Below, in pieces: positions 15,917 to 25,139 of a stretch of DNA of 53,211 nucleotides (positions are counted from its first letter, which is position 1; the number at the start of each line of letters is the position of its first letter). A program made the position numbers and the translations under genes. A model generated the notes under the pieces. The model was not told the origin of the DNA, made no database searches, and was given only the letters and a program-made list of their open reading frames with translations. Origin of the DNA: an uncultured bacterium (GTDB taxonomy: Bacteria; Patescibacteriota; Patescibacteriia; Magasanikbacterales; UBA922); assembly GCA_937861125.1 (NCBI GenBank), contig CALMAY010000039.1, forward strand, positions 1 through 53,211, read 5' to 3'.

Positions 15917-16308
15917 CGATCAAATGATCGGATGATCGAGAGAATTAGTTGGTCGTATGATCATGTATTATTTACAATAAGTGTTCTGTCTGGCGGTAAA
16001 ACGGTGTATGTTCACGTTCTGTGTTACATCGCCCTTCGTCCGCCATACAGAAACAATCGGGCCCATGCAGGTATGTGTGTTTACACACAAATCAGCGTGG
16101 TTTAACAACAAGTGCAGTGATTCCCTAGCAAGGGCGCTGTCACCAGAGGTGTAATGGCCCTTTGGTCGTGTTTTGACAAAAATTAAAGGTCGATCTTACT
16201 GAACAAGTAAGAGTCAAAAACATTTATATGCTACGAGTATATTGTCGGACGCTCTGCCTTTATTGTAGAGTCGCGCTGTACAAGTACTCATTTATATCTA
16301 AAATATTT

Positions 16309-19300
16309 ATGACAAACGTATTGAAAAAAGCGTTTACATGGTCAGTCGTGGCTGTGACAATCCTTTGGAGTGTGGGCTTTGCTGCTTTCGCACCAATGAT
16401 TGCTCAGGCTGCTGAATGTCCAGAGCTCGAAGCTGGTGATCTTTGGAAGACCGCTAGTAAACCAGCTGTGTACATGCAAAATGAGGACGGCGAAGCACTT
16501 GCTTTCCCAAATGAGAAAACTTTTCTCTCATGGGGATTCAGTTTTGCTGATGTCGTAACTCTCTCAAACTCATGCGCTGAAGATATCGAACTCGCAGGAT
16601 TTGTTCCATACGCTCCTGGTACACTTGTGTATCGTGAGGGCTTTGGTACAGTTTACGTAGTTGGTATGGACGGTGCAGTTACTCCATTTGCTGATTACAC
16701 TGCACTTAATGCAGTATTTGGTGCAAATGCAGTATCAAAAGCACGCTCAGTAGGTGATTCACACTGGTTGGCAGCATATGACAACACAGGTGACGAGCTC
16801 GACGGAGAAATGCTTCCAGATGGCATCTTTGTAAAAACAAGTGCTTCATCTAAAGTATACTTCGTGCTCGATGGTATGCTCTACAATGTAGAGGGTACTG
16901 TTCCTGCTCCATGGACAGTAGTTACTGTTTCTGCTGATCTTCTTGATTCAGTTGAAATGGCTGACGAGTCTATGACTCCATCAGAAGTTGCAGGTTCTGC
17001 ACTTGATGAAGTATTGATGGGCAGTGGTTCAACATCAGGTAGTGGAACTGGAACTGGAAGTGAAACTCCAGCAACAGGATCTCTCTCTGTTTCTTTGAGT
17101 GGATCTACACCTGATAGTAGTAATGTCGTTATCAATGCTGATAATGTTACATTCTCAAAATTTGTATTGGCAAACGGTAGTAGTAGTGATGTAAAAGTAA
17201 ACTCTGTTCGCATCGTTCGCAAAGGACTTGGTGCTACAGGTAACATTACATCAGTTACTCTCTACGATGGTAGTACAAAACTCGGTGAATCACGCACATC
17301 ATGGACATCTGATGATTACATGACATACAGTATCTCTGGTGGCTGGACAATCCCAGCAAAATCATCAAAGACATTGACTGTTGTGGCAAAACTTGGTACT
17401 GCCGGTACATACAATGCACTTGGTCTCTCTCAAGTTACTACAGCTAGTGGTGCTACTGTAAGTGGTTTACCAGTATATGGTAACGAAATGCAGGGTGTGA
17501 ACGTGTCTGTAGGTACTGTGACTGTTACAGGTCGTGGTGCAAGTTCAGTAACACGTGAAATCGGTGCAACTGACTCAGTTGTATCTGAATTTCGTCTTGC
17601 TTTGAATAGTGTTGAGGATGCAAAACTCCACAGTATTACTCTCAAAAACGAAGGAACTGCATCAGACAATGATGCAACAAACTTCTACCTCAAAAAAGGA
17701 TCAACTGTTATTGCAGGACCTGCAATGATGAAAAATGATGAAGTGGCATTTGTACTCGATGAGGCATATGCTATGGAAAAAAGTAAGAGTTACGACTTCA
17801 AAGTAGTTGCTGATATCGTCGATGGTGATGCACGCACACTTGAATTTGTACTTAATGCTTCTTCTGATCTTGCAGTTGTTGGTAATACATACAACACTAA
17901 CTTGTCTGTTACTCGTACTTATTTTGATGGTACAGGTGATAGTGGTACTACTGCTGTTACTATCGATGGTGCTGAGCTCAACCTCGCATTCACAAGTACT
18001 GCAAAAGAAAGTACTGATGACACAGATGATGTTGAACTTGGTCGTTTGACTCTCTCAGCAGGTGGTACAGATGTAGAAATCTCAACTCTTGTCTTTGCTG
18101 TTGATGAAGTAGATGGTAACTCATCTGCTACAGACAACAAAGATATCGACGAGCTCGAACTCGTTGATGTTGCAGACGGTACTGCATACGCTGGTGTTAT
18201 GACAAACGGAGGAGATACAAATGCTAGTGATGAAACTTGGACTTACGATGATAACATTTATCTCGAAGCAGGAGTTTCACGCACATTTATCATCCGTGGT
18301 GATCTTCCAGATGGAATCGGTGATGGCGACCAATATCGCTTGACTGCAACTATCAACACTACAAATGTCGACGCTGAAACAAAACCAGCAGGCGACACAG
18401 TAGACAACTTCTCAGTAAGTAGTTACACTGGTCAATTCTTGACCATCCGTACTCCATACCTCAAAGTTCGCTCTATTGCAGCAAATGATAGTAGTGCTGT
18501 AGCAGCTTCTACTGGTGTAGACATCTACACAGGTAGTCTCGAAGCAGTTGCAGGAGAAATCACTGTTGAAGATCTTACTTTTGTTGGTGCTAACACATCT
18601 ACAAGTAACACTTCTACAGTTACTGCAAACTTTGATGAGGATAACTGGACAGACCTTTACTTCTATGTAAAACAGGGAAGTAGTTGGGTTGAAATTGATC
18701 ATCTCCAAAATGGTGATCTCGGTGACGGCACATTTACATTCGATGGATTCAGTGAGTTTGTAGTAAAACCTGGCTCAGCAAATAGAGTTGAGTTCAAGGT
18801 TGCTGGTACTCTTGAATCAACATTGACTGGAAACACAACTGTTCACCTCCAATTGCAGTCTGGTACTGTAAAAGATGGTGAAGGTGATGATGCAAGTCTC
18901 AAGAACTCAGCAGGAAATGCTGTAAGTGCTGTTGGTTACCCAGTAGAACGTGCTGGTACACTCACTTTGACAGACACTGGTATCTTGTACGTATCTATGC
19001 GTAACAATGACGCAGGATACAACAAAGATCGCTTTGTTCTCGCTGGTGAAGGTGCTTTCGTTGGTAAACTTCGCTTGAAAGTTGATTACGAAGCAATTCG
19101 TATCGAGGATCTCGTGTTGACAAACGCAACTGCAAATGATGAGGATAGTGCAGCTACTGTCTGTTTGTATAAAGCAGCAGTCGTAAGTGAAGCAAACCTC
19201 GTTGCATGTAGTACTCTTGATGAGAGTCAGAAGGTAACTTTTGACAACATCAATGTGACATTGCCACAAGGCAACAACGATTGGTATGTACATGTTACAA

Positions 19301-20130
19301 CCAACGCTATGAATGATGGCAGTGGTACAGCTGATTCTGCTGATGCATTTAGTTTCCGCATCGCTGCATCAAGTACTGCTGATCAAATCGTAGCATACGG
19401 TGATAGTTCAGGTGATGAATTGTCATTTGGTAACAACAACGGTACAGCCGCAGGTGGTGAAATCGTCTTTGATGCTGACCTCGATGGTAGTTTTGACGAA
19501 GCAGGTGATACAACAACTGCTTACACAAAAACATTCACTGTCGCTGGTTCAAAGATTACAGACATCTCACTCGTTTCAAGTTACGGTGGACAAACAGTTG
19601 ACACTGTGTTGACTGGTGGTTCAAATGTCTTGGCAATTTTGAAGATTACAACTGCAGGCAACAGTAATACTGATGATGCAGGTACAAATCTTCGTCTTGC
19701 TTTGACTAAGTTTGATTTCGATGTCACTAAGTTTGCAAGTACAACTATTAACAGTGCTACAATTCAGCGCATTAATGGTGTATCAACAACTGCAGCTACA
19801 TTGACAATGGATCAATCTGCTTCAACAAACGAAAGTACATCTGATACTGCCGGTGGTTGGGCACTCTCAACTGTGACTGGTTCTGCTTATCTTGGCGATG
19901 ATGCTCTTATCGACGCTGGTGACACTGCATACTTTGTAGTGAAAGCTAACGTTACATTGGGCACAGGACAAGACTGGGTACAGGTTGGTCTCAGTAACAT
20001 CGATTCAGGAGTTTCAGGTACTGCAAATGTACAATGGAATGATGGATACGATCTTAACGACGCATCTTTCTACAGTCTCTTGATTGATAAAACAAGTTTG
20101 GACGGTACAAAAGCACTTGAAGCTATCTAA
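16309..20130 (+). CDS. Giant (1273-aa) secreted Ser/Thr/Gly/Asp-rich surface protein, S-layer or adhesin-like
   Basis: The ATG at 16309 gives MTNVLKKAFTWSVVAVTILWSVGFAAFAPMIAQA, a signal peptide. A long, low-Cys beta-rich sequence follows. A strong terminator lies downstream. Confidence 0.7.
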   Translation: MTNVLKKAFTWSVVAVTILWSVGFAAFAPMIAQAAECPELEAGDLWKTASKPAVYMQNEDGEALAFPNEKTFLSWGFSFADVVTLSNSCAEDIELAGFVPYAPGTLVYREGFGTVYVVGMDGAVTPFADYTALNAVFGANAVSKARSVGDSHWLAAYDNTGDELDGEMLPDGIFVKTSASSKVYFVLDGMLYNVEGTVPAPWTVVTVSADLLDSVEMADESMTPSEVAGSALDEVLMGSGSTSGSGTGTGSETPATGSLSVSLSGSTPDSSNVVINADNVTFSKFVLANGSSSDVKVNSVRIVRKGLGATGNITSVTLYDGSTKLGESRTSWTSDDYMTYSISGGWTIPAKSSKTLTVVAKLGTAGTYNALGLSQVTTASGATVSGLPVYGNEMQGVNVSVGTVTVTGRGASSVTREIGATDSVVSEFRLALNSVEDAKLHSITLKNEGTASDNDATNFYLKKGSTVIAGPAMMKNDEVAFVLDEAYAMEKSKSYDFKVVADIVDGDARTLEFVLNASSDLAVVGNTYNTNLSVTRTYFDGTGDSGTTAVTIDGAELNLAFTSTAKESTDDTDDVELGRLTLSAGGTDVEISTLVFAVDEVDGNSSATDNKDIDELELVDVADGTAYAGVMTNGGDTNASDETWTYDDNIYLEAGVSRTFIIRGDLPDGIGDGDQYRLTATINTTNVDAETKPAGDTVDNFSVSSYTGQFLTIRTPYLKVRSIAANDSSAVAASTGVDIYTGSLEAVAGEITVEDLTFVGANTSTSNTSTVTANFDEDNWTDLYFYVKQGSSWVEIDHLQNGDLGDGTFTFDGFSEFVVKPGSANRVEFKVAGTLESTLTGNTTVHLQLQSGTVKDGEGDDASLKNSAGNAVSAVGYPVERAGTLTLTDTGILYVSMRNNDAGYNKDRFVLAGEGAFVGKLRLKVDYEAIRIEDLVLTNATANDEDSAATVCLYKAAVVSEANLVACSTLDESQKVTFDNINVTLPQGNNDWYVHVTTNAMNDGSGTADSADAFSFRIAASSTADQIVAYGDSSGDELSFGNNNGTAAGGEIVFDADLDGSFDEAGDTTTAYTKTFTVAGSKITDISLVSSYGGQTVDTVLTGGSNVLAILKITTAGNSNTDDAGTNLRLALTKFDFDVTKFASTTINSATIQRINGVSTTAATLTMDQSASTNESTSDTAGGWALSTVTGSAYLGDDALIDAGDTAYFVVKANVTLGTGQDWVQVGLSNIDSGVSGTANVQWNDGYDLNDASFYSLLIDKTSLDGTKALEAI

Positions 20131-20169
20131 TATTGATAGAATCAGTACTAATATAGTACATGTTCAGAT

Positions 20170-20203
20170 AACCCCGCCCTTTACGGGCGGGGTTGTTTTT
20201 TTT
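20170..20203 (+). terminator. Intrinsic terminator
   Basis: aaccccgccc / ttta / cgggcggggtt, followed by a T8 run. Confidence 0.85.
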
Positions 20204-20220
20204 ACTTGGTGTGGTATAGT
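20193..20220 (+). promoter_or_regulatory. Candidate extended -10 promoter (TGTGGTATAGT)
   Basis: TTGTTT-N16-TGgTATAGT. The -10 ends 20 nt before the ATG at 20241. Confidence 0.4.
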
Positions 20221-20240
20221 ATGAGAGTATTTTTTCTCCT

Positions 20241-22283
20241 ATGTCCTATTCTCAACGATCAGTGTTGTATCATATAGCATTTTTTATCACAGTTGGTACG
20301 TTTTTGACGCCATTATTGGTAGATCTCAATAGCTATATTTTCCCTTTTATTGTACTTAAGGTATTCGTATTTCGGTCATTGGTGGTATTGTTGGCAGGTA
20401 TATACGCATTGCTGTGGTACAAAGATCGTGAGCGTTTTCGACCGTATATGACTCCGCTCCACTGGGCAATGTTGGCTTTTTGGTTGGTGTATGTGGTGAC
20501 TAGCCTCCATGCGGTGGATGTTCGTCGTGCATTTTGGGACAACCACGAGCGTATGTTGGGACTTGTGACGGTGAGCCATGTTGTTTTGTATGCCTTTCTT
20601 GTTTCTTGGATATTTCGTACCAAAAAAGAAATTATAGATCTCTGGAAATATTTTTTGGTGGCTGGGTCTTTTGTTATGTTTGTTGGGGCACTGCAGATGT
20701 ATGGAGGTGAACCGGTATTGATGAGTCATGGGGGGCGAGTGTATGGAACACTTGGGAATCCAATTTATTTTAGTGCGTACGGGTTATTTTTATTTTTTTC
20801 TGGTGTGTTGTGTGCGTATTGGCATAAACAGCATATACTGTGGCGTAATATCTGTATCATAGCCAGTTTACTTGGCTTTTTGGGGGTGTTTTGGGGTGGA
20901 ACACGTGGTACGTTGTTAGGTTTGATGGGTGGCGTTGTGATCTCTGCTTTGCTGTATGGAGTGTATAATCCGATAAAAGAGCGTCGTAAGTATGCGTGGA
21001 GTGTGTTAGGTGTTGGTCTGGTAGTATTAGTGTCGTTGTTTGTATGGCGTCAGACACAATTTGTGCAATCAATCCCGGCTGTTGGGCGTTTAGTGAATAC
21101 ATCTTTATCATTTGACACGTCTGATACACGATTAATGGCTTGGAAAGTTGGATTGGAGGCGTGGCAAGAGAAACCATTTCTTGGGTGGGGTCCAAATGGT
21201 TTTTTCTTTGCGTTTAATCAGTACTTTAATCCACGTTTTTTGATGTATGGATATGGAGAGACGTGGTTTGATAATGCGCATAATGTTTTGGTAAATACGT
21301 TGACTACACAGGGTATCTTTGGGTTCATTGTCTATATTGGTTTATTTGGGACTGTTGTGTGGTCGCTTTGGTTTGTATATCAGAAAAACAAAGATGACTT
21401 ATTAGTTGTTTCTCTTTTTACAGGTTTTTTGATTGGTCATTTTGTAAATAATTTATTTGTCTTTGAGAGTCCGACGTCATATTTATATTTCTTTTTCTTT
21501 TTAAGTTGTGTTGCAGTGTGGTTTCGTCAGTATAGTTCTGTGGAAAAAATAATGACGTCTCAACCATATCGCACAGTACCTATTCCATTTGTCGTTATTG
21601 GTTCTCTTGTTGTGTTTATTTGTATATGGGTGGTGAACATAAATCCTGCCCGTGCTAATAGAGAAACATTACATGTTATGGCTCTTCTAAACAGCGGTAG
21701 AGCGTCTGAGGCAATTGAATTGTATGAGAGTGTCGTGCAGCATATCCCTACTCCACACAAAGATGATGTGCGTAGTGACATATCAAGAACTATCGCTGCG
21801 AGCATTAATGATAGTCGATTAAATGCTGCTATGTCGAGTGATGTAAAAAAGAAATTGACAGATATTGCATATCAGCAAATTAGTTTAAATATACGTGAGT
21901 ATCCATACGACATACGACATCATTTGTCCTTTGTGCAAATGACACAATCTGTCATGTTGAATTATTCACAACCTGCACCACTGTTACAAAATGCTTTGAA
22001 ACATATTGACGACGCATTGGCTTTGTCACCAACCAGACAGCAGTTATTTTTTTCAAAAGGTTCGTTGTTGGCTCAGCTTGGTGATATAGCACAGGCAGTA
22101 CAGTGGTATAAGAAAGGGGTTGATGTAGATAATACTATCCAAGAGAGTTGGAAGCAGTATTTGAGATTTTTACAGATAACAAAACAGCAAGATTTGTATG
22201 AGCAGGTTATAGAAGAAGTCCGTAATATTCCTGGTGTATTTACTCCCTCTGATATCGAATCCTACACCTCTTTCTCTTTCTAG
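20241..22283 (+). CDS. O-antigen ligase / Wzy_C family membrane protein with a C-terminal TPR-like domain
   Basis: Polytopic N-terminal part with GGTRGTLLGL and DNAHNVLVNTLTTQGIFGF motifs. The C-terminal ~200 aa are soluble and helical-repeat-like. Confidence 0.8.
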   Translation: MSYSQRSVLYHIAFFITVGTFLTPLLVDLNSYIFPFIVLKVFVFRSLVVLLAGIYALLWYKDRERFRPYMTPLHWAMLAFWLVYVVTSLHAVDVRRAFWDNHERMLGLVTVSHVVLYAFLVSWIFRTKKEIIDLWKYFLVAGSFVMFVGALQMYGGEPVLMSHGGRVYGTLGNPIYFSAYGLFLFFSGVLCAYWHKQHILWRNICIIASLLGFLGVFWGGTRGTLLGLMGGVVISALLYGVYNPIKERRKYAWSVLGVGLVVLVSLFVWRQTQFVQSIPAVGRLVNTSLSFDTSDTRLMAWKVGLEAWQEKPFLGWGPNGFFFAFNQYFNPRFLMYGYGETWFDNAHNVLVNTLTTQGIFGFIVYIGLFGTVVWSLWFVYQKNKDDLLVVSLFTGFLIGHFVNNLFVFESPTSYLYFFFFLSCVAVWFRQYSSVEKIMTSQPYRTVPIPFVVIGSLVVFICIWVVNINPARANRETLHVMALLNSGRASEAIELYESVVQHIPTPHKDDVRSDISRTIAASINDSRLNAAMSSDVKKKLTDIAYQQISLNIREYPYDIRHHLSFVQMTQSVMLNYSQPAPLLQNALKHIDDALALSPTRQQLFFSKGSLLAQLGDIAQAVQWYKKGVDVDNTIQESWKQYLRFLQITKQQDLYEQVIEEVRNIPGVFTPSDIESYTSFSF

Positions 22284-22289
22284 TTTTTT

Positions 22290-23090
22290 ATGACAAAGGA
22301 TCTTCCTGTTGTGTCAGTGATCATGTCGGTTCATAATGATAAAAAAACAGTGGATGAGGCTATTGAAAGCATTTTGTCTCAAACGTATGGTCAGTTTGAA
22401 TTTTTGATTATGGACGATGGTTCATCTGATGGTTCGTTTGAAATAATACGGGCGTACAGTCTGACAGATTCACGTATTCGAATTTTTTGTCATGAGCGTG
22501 GGATTGGACTGACAAAATCGCTAAACGAATTACTCGTGCATTCTGTAGGAAAGTATGTCGCTCGTATAGATGCTGATGATATATCACACCGTAGTCGACT
22601 GGAGGTACAGGTGCGATATATGGAGTCACACAGTCATGTTGCTTTGTGTGGTGCGCAGGGGTGGTATATGAATGAAGCGGGCATGGAGGTCGGTGTAAAA
22701 AATGTTCCCCTAGATACTGCTGTGATACAGAAAAAACTACTATGGAATAACCAATTTATTCATAGTAGTTGGTTGTTTCGTCGAGATATAATTATTGAGA
22801 ATGGTGGGTACAATCCTTTGTTTTTGAAGAGTCAGGACTATGAACTCATCTTGCGAATTGCACAAAAATATACTGTAGTTAATTTAGCAGATCGTTTGGT
22901 GTGGTGGCGGGTGAGATCAAATTCAATATCTTGGCAAAATCGCCAACAAGAGTGGTATGCACTCAAGGCTCGTTGGTATGCTGTGACAGCATACGGGTAT
23001 TCATTTTGGTACGGTATGTATTGCATTGTTATCCGATTTCTTTGGATGTGCATACCAGTATATATAAAACGCAAACGATATGCTCGTTAG
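22290..23090 (+). CDS. Glycosyltransferase family 2
   Basis: VSVIMSVHNDKKTVDEAIESILSQTY...LIMDDGSSDGS and the DADD motif. Confidence 0.85.
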   Translation: MTKDLPVVSVIMSVHNDKKTVDEAIESILSQTYGQFEFLIMDDGSSDGSFEIIRAYSLTDSRIRIFCHERGIGLTKSLNELLVHSVGKYVARIDADDISHRSRLEVQVRYMESHSHVALCGAQGWYMNEAGMEVGVKNVPLDTAVIQKKLLWNNQFIHSSWLFRRDIIIENGGYNPLFLKSQDYELILRIAQKYTVVNLADRLVWWRVRSNSISWQNRQQEWYALKARWYAVTAYGYSFWYGMYCIVIRFLWMCIPVYIKRKRYAR

Positions 23091-24027
23091 TATTGTGATA
23101 CCAACTATTGGTCGATTTGATTCACTTGCACGTTTGCTTGAGTCTTTTGTGTCGCAAATCCGTTCAGCGGATGAGATTGTTATTATTGACCAGTCTGTAG
23201 ATGGTTGGAAAGAAAGAGAAGCGTGGCAAAAAAAACTTCCAATTGTGTATGTTCATACTGATGTACGTTCACTGCCAAAGGCAAGAAATATTGGTGTAGC
23301 AAAAAGCAGGGGAGATATTGTTGGTTTTTTGGATGATGATATCGTGCTTTCTCCTACGTATATACAACAATTGCATTCTTTTTTTGAAACACATCCAGAG
23401 GCACTCGGAGTTCAGGGAGTAATTGAAAATTTTATTGACGGACATGCACAAAAAGTTGGTAGTACTTTTTTGTATAGTGTCTATGCACGTGTGAGTCGTT
23501 TTTTTTGCCTTAATACAGCAGGAAAAGAGAATAAAATATTTCTCTCTGGTCGCAATTGTTATGCGGTAAATCCTACCTATGTGCTAGCTTCGCAGTGGTT
23601 GAGTGGAATTGGAAATTATCGTCGATCTGTATTTGAAACGCATTCGTTTGATGAATTTTTGGTTGGATATGCGTTAGGGGAAGACAAGATGTTTAGCTAT
23701 GGTATTTATCGTCAACAGCGTCAAAGTTTATTTACAGATCCGTCTGTAAAGTGTTCACATTACCATGCATCTGGTGGAAGACCAGAGCAGCGAGAGTGGA
23801 CACGTATGAAAGTGTACTATACCTTTTATTTTTGGTATACCTATTTTGCACACATGCCAGTGGCTCATCTCGTATTTTGGTGGGCAAATATGTGGGATGT
23901 GGTACTCTCTGGAATTGCGGTCTTGTTGGGTCGTCAATCGTATCGTGTATGGTTTTGGCAAGTTGTGTATTACATACAAATTTTGGTTCAAGGAAAACAA
24001 GTAATCAATAGGTATATATGCAGATAA
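23080..24027 (+). CDS. Glycosyltransferase family 2
   Basis: VSIVIPTIGRFDSLARLLESF, IIDQS and FLDDD motifs. Overlaps the upstream gene by 11 nt. Confidence 0.8.
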   Translation: MLVSIVIPTIGRFDSLARLLESFVSQIRSADEIVIIDQSVDGWKEREAWQKKLPIVYVHTDVRSLPKARNIGVAKSRGDIVGFLDDDIVLSPTYIQQLHSFFETHPEALGVQGVIENFIDGHAQKVGSTFLYSVYARVSRFFCLNTAGKENKIFLSGRNCYAVNPTYVLASQWLSGIGNYRRSVFETHSFDEFLVGYALGEDKMFSYGIYRQQRQSLFTDPSVKCSHYHASGGRPEQREWTRMKVYYTFYFWYTYFAHMPVAHLVFWWANMWDVVLSGIAVLLGRQSYRVWFWQVVYYIQILVQGKQVINRYICR

Positions 24028-25139
24028 CTCTTTTTTTTACCTATGGCGTGGGGCTTTCTACCTGGCAACAGCGGGGGTTATTTTCTCGTGAGGTGGGGTA
24101 TTATCGCACATTTACAAAACACAGTGTGGATAGGGTAATTTTTGTTACATATGATCCTTCTGATAGTGTCTATGTGGATGAGCTAAAAAAAGACAATATT
24201 ACAGTTTGTGTTCGTCCTGTGTGGATACCTCAAATATTCTATTCATTTGTCAGTCCTATAGTTCATTGGCGTGTAATGAGGCATACAACCGTGTTTAAAA
24301 CAAATCAGATGTCTGGATCATGGAGTGGTGTGATTGCAAAAGTATTATTTAGAAAACCGCTCGTAGTACGGACAGGGTATTCTTGGAGTGAGACAAAGCG
24401 AAAACAAAATAAACTTTTTTCTTTATTTGCTGCTCGTTGTATTGAGTGGGTGTCTTCGTTGTTTGCAAATCATATTATTGTCTCTACAATTTCTCAACAG
24501 AAATTTATTCCAAAACCATTTAGGAATAGTATAGTGGTAATACCAAATTTCATTGATACACAATTATTTTCACCATCGATATCGGTAGAAAAAAAATCTT
24601 CATCCAGTAAGTGTACTATAGTAGGTGTTGGACGTTTAGCATCAGAAAAAAATTGGTTTTTTTTATTTGACGTTCTTTCTAATTTGAAGATGGATGTAGC
24701 TCTGATTATTGTTGGTGATGGAGAAATGAGAATGGAATTGGAACAAGAAGCAAAACGTCTAGGTTTGTCTGTGCAATTTGTTGGTATAGTGCCAAATCAG
24801 GAATTACCAGTGTGGTTTGCGCGTGCAGATATGTTTGTGTTGCCAAGTAAGTTTGAGGGGAATCCAAAGGCATTACTGGAAGCTATGTCGTGTGCTGTGC
24901 CGGTGGTGGCAGGTGCTGTACCTGGTGTGATTGATATTATTCAACATGGCGTAACTGGTTTTCTAGTACATTTAGATGTTAAGCAGTTTGCTAATATGAT
25001 ACAGTATGTATATGAACATAAAAATATGGCAAATGTTGTTGGCGGTAATGCACGACAGTGGGTAGCGGATCATCAGTCTTTGGAGAATGTATTTAAAAAA
25101 GAATTTCTATTATATAATAATTATATATCTCATGTATGA
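24018..25139 (+). CDS. Glycosyltransferase family 4
   Basis: C-terminal FEGNPKALLEAMSCAVPVV motif and GT-B layout. Confidence 0.8.
   Translation: MQITLFFTYGVGLSTWQQRGLFSREVGYYRTFTKHSVDRVIFVTYDPSDSVYVDELKKDNITVCVRPVWIPQIFYSFVSPIVHWRVMRHTTVFKTNQMSGSWSGVIAKVLFRKPLVVRTGYSWSETKRKQNKLFSLFAARCIEWVSSLFANHIIVSTISQQKFIPKPFRNSIVVIPNFIDTQLFSPSISVEKKSSSSKCTIVGVGRLASEKNWFFLFDVLSNLKMDVALIIVGDGEMRMELEQEAKRLGLSVQFVGIVPNQELPVWFARADMFVLPSKFEGNPKALLEAMSCAVPVVAGAVPGVIDIIQHGVTGFLVHLDVKQFANMIQYVYEHKNMANVVGGNARQWVADHQSLENVFKKEFLLYNNYISHV

Noticed and set aside
16173-16202. TTGACA at 16173-16178 as the promoter of the giant surface-protein gene
   Set aside because: The best -10 candidates at 17-18 nt spacing (ttactg / tactga) are poor and lack the TGn extension seen at the other promoters. 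It is left unannotated as a feature.
15917-16308. Known RNA families (SRP RNA, RNase P, tmRNA, 6S RNA, c-di-GMP riboswitch) in the long leader
   Set aside because: I could not find the diagnostic conserved strings, such as the GGAAAGUCCGG-type RNase P core, the tmRNA 5' GGGG...tag region or the GEMM ACGCAAAGC-type motifs. It is kept only as an unclassified structured region.
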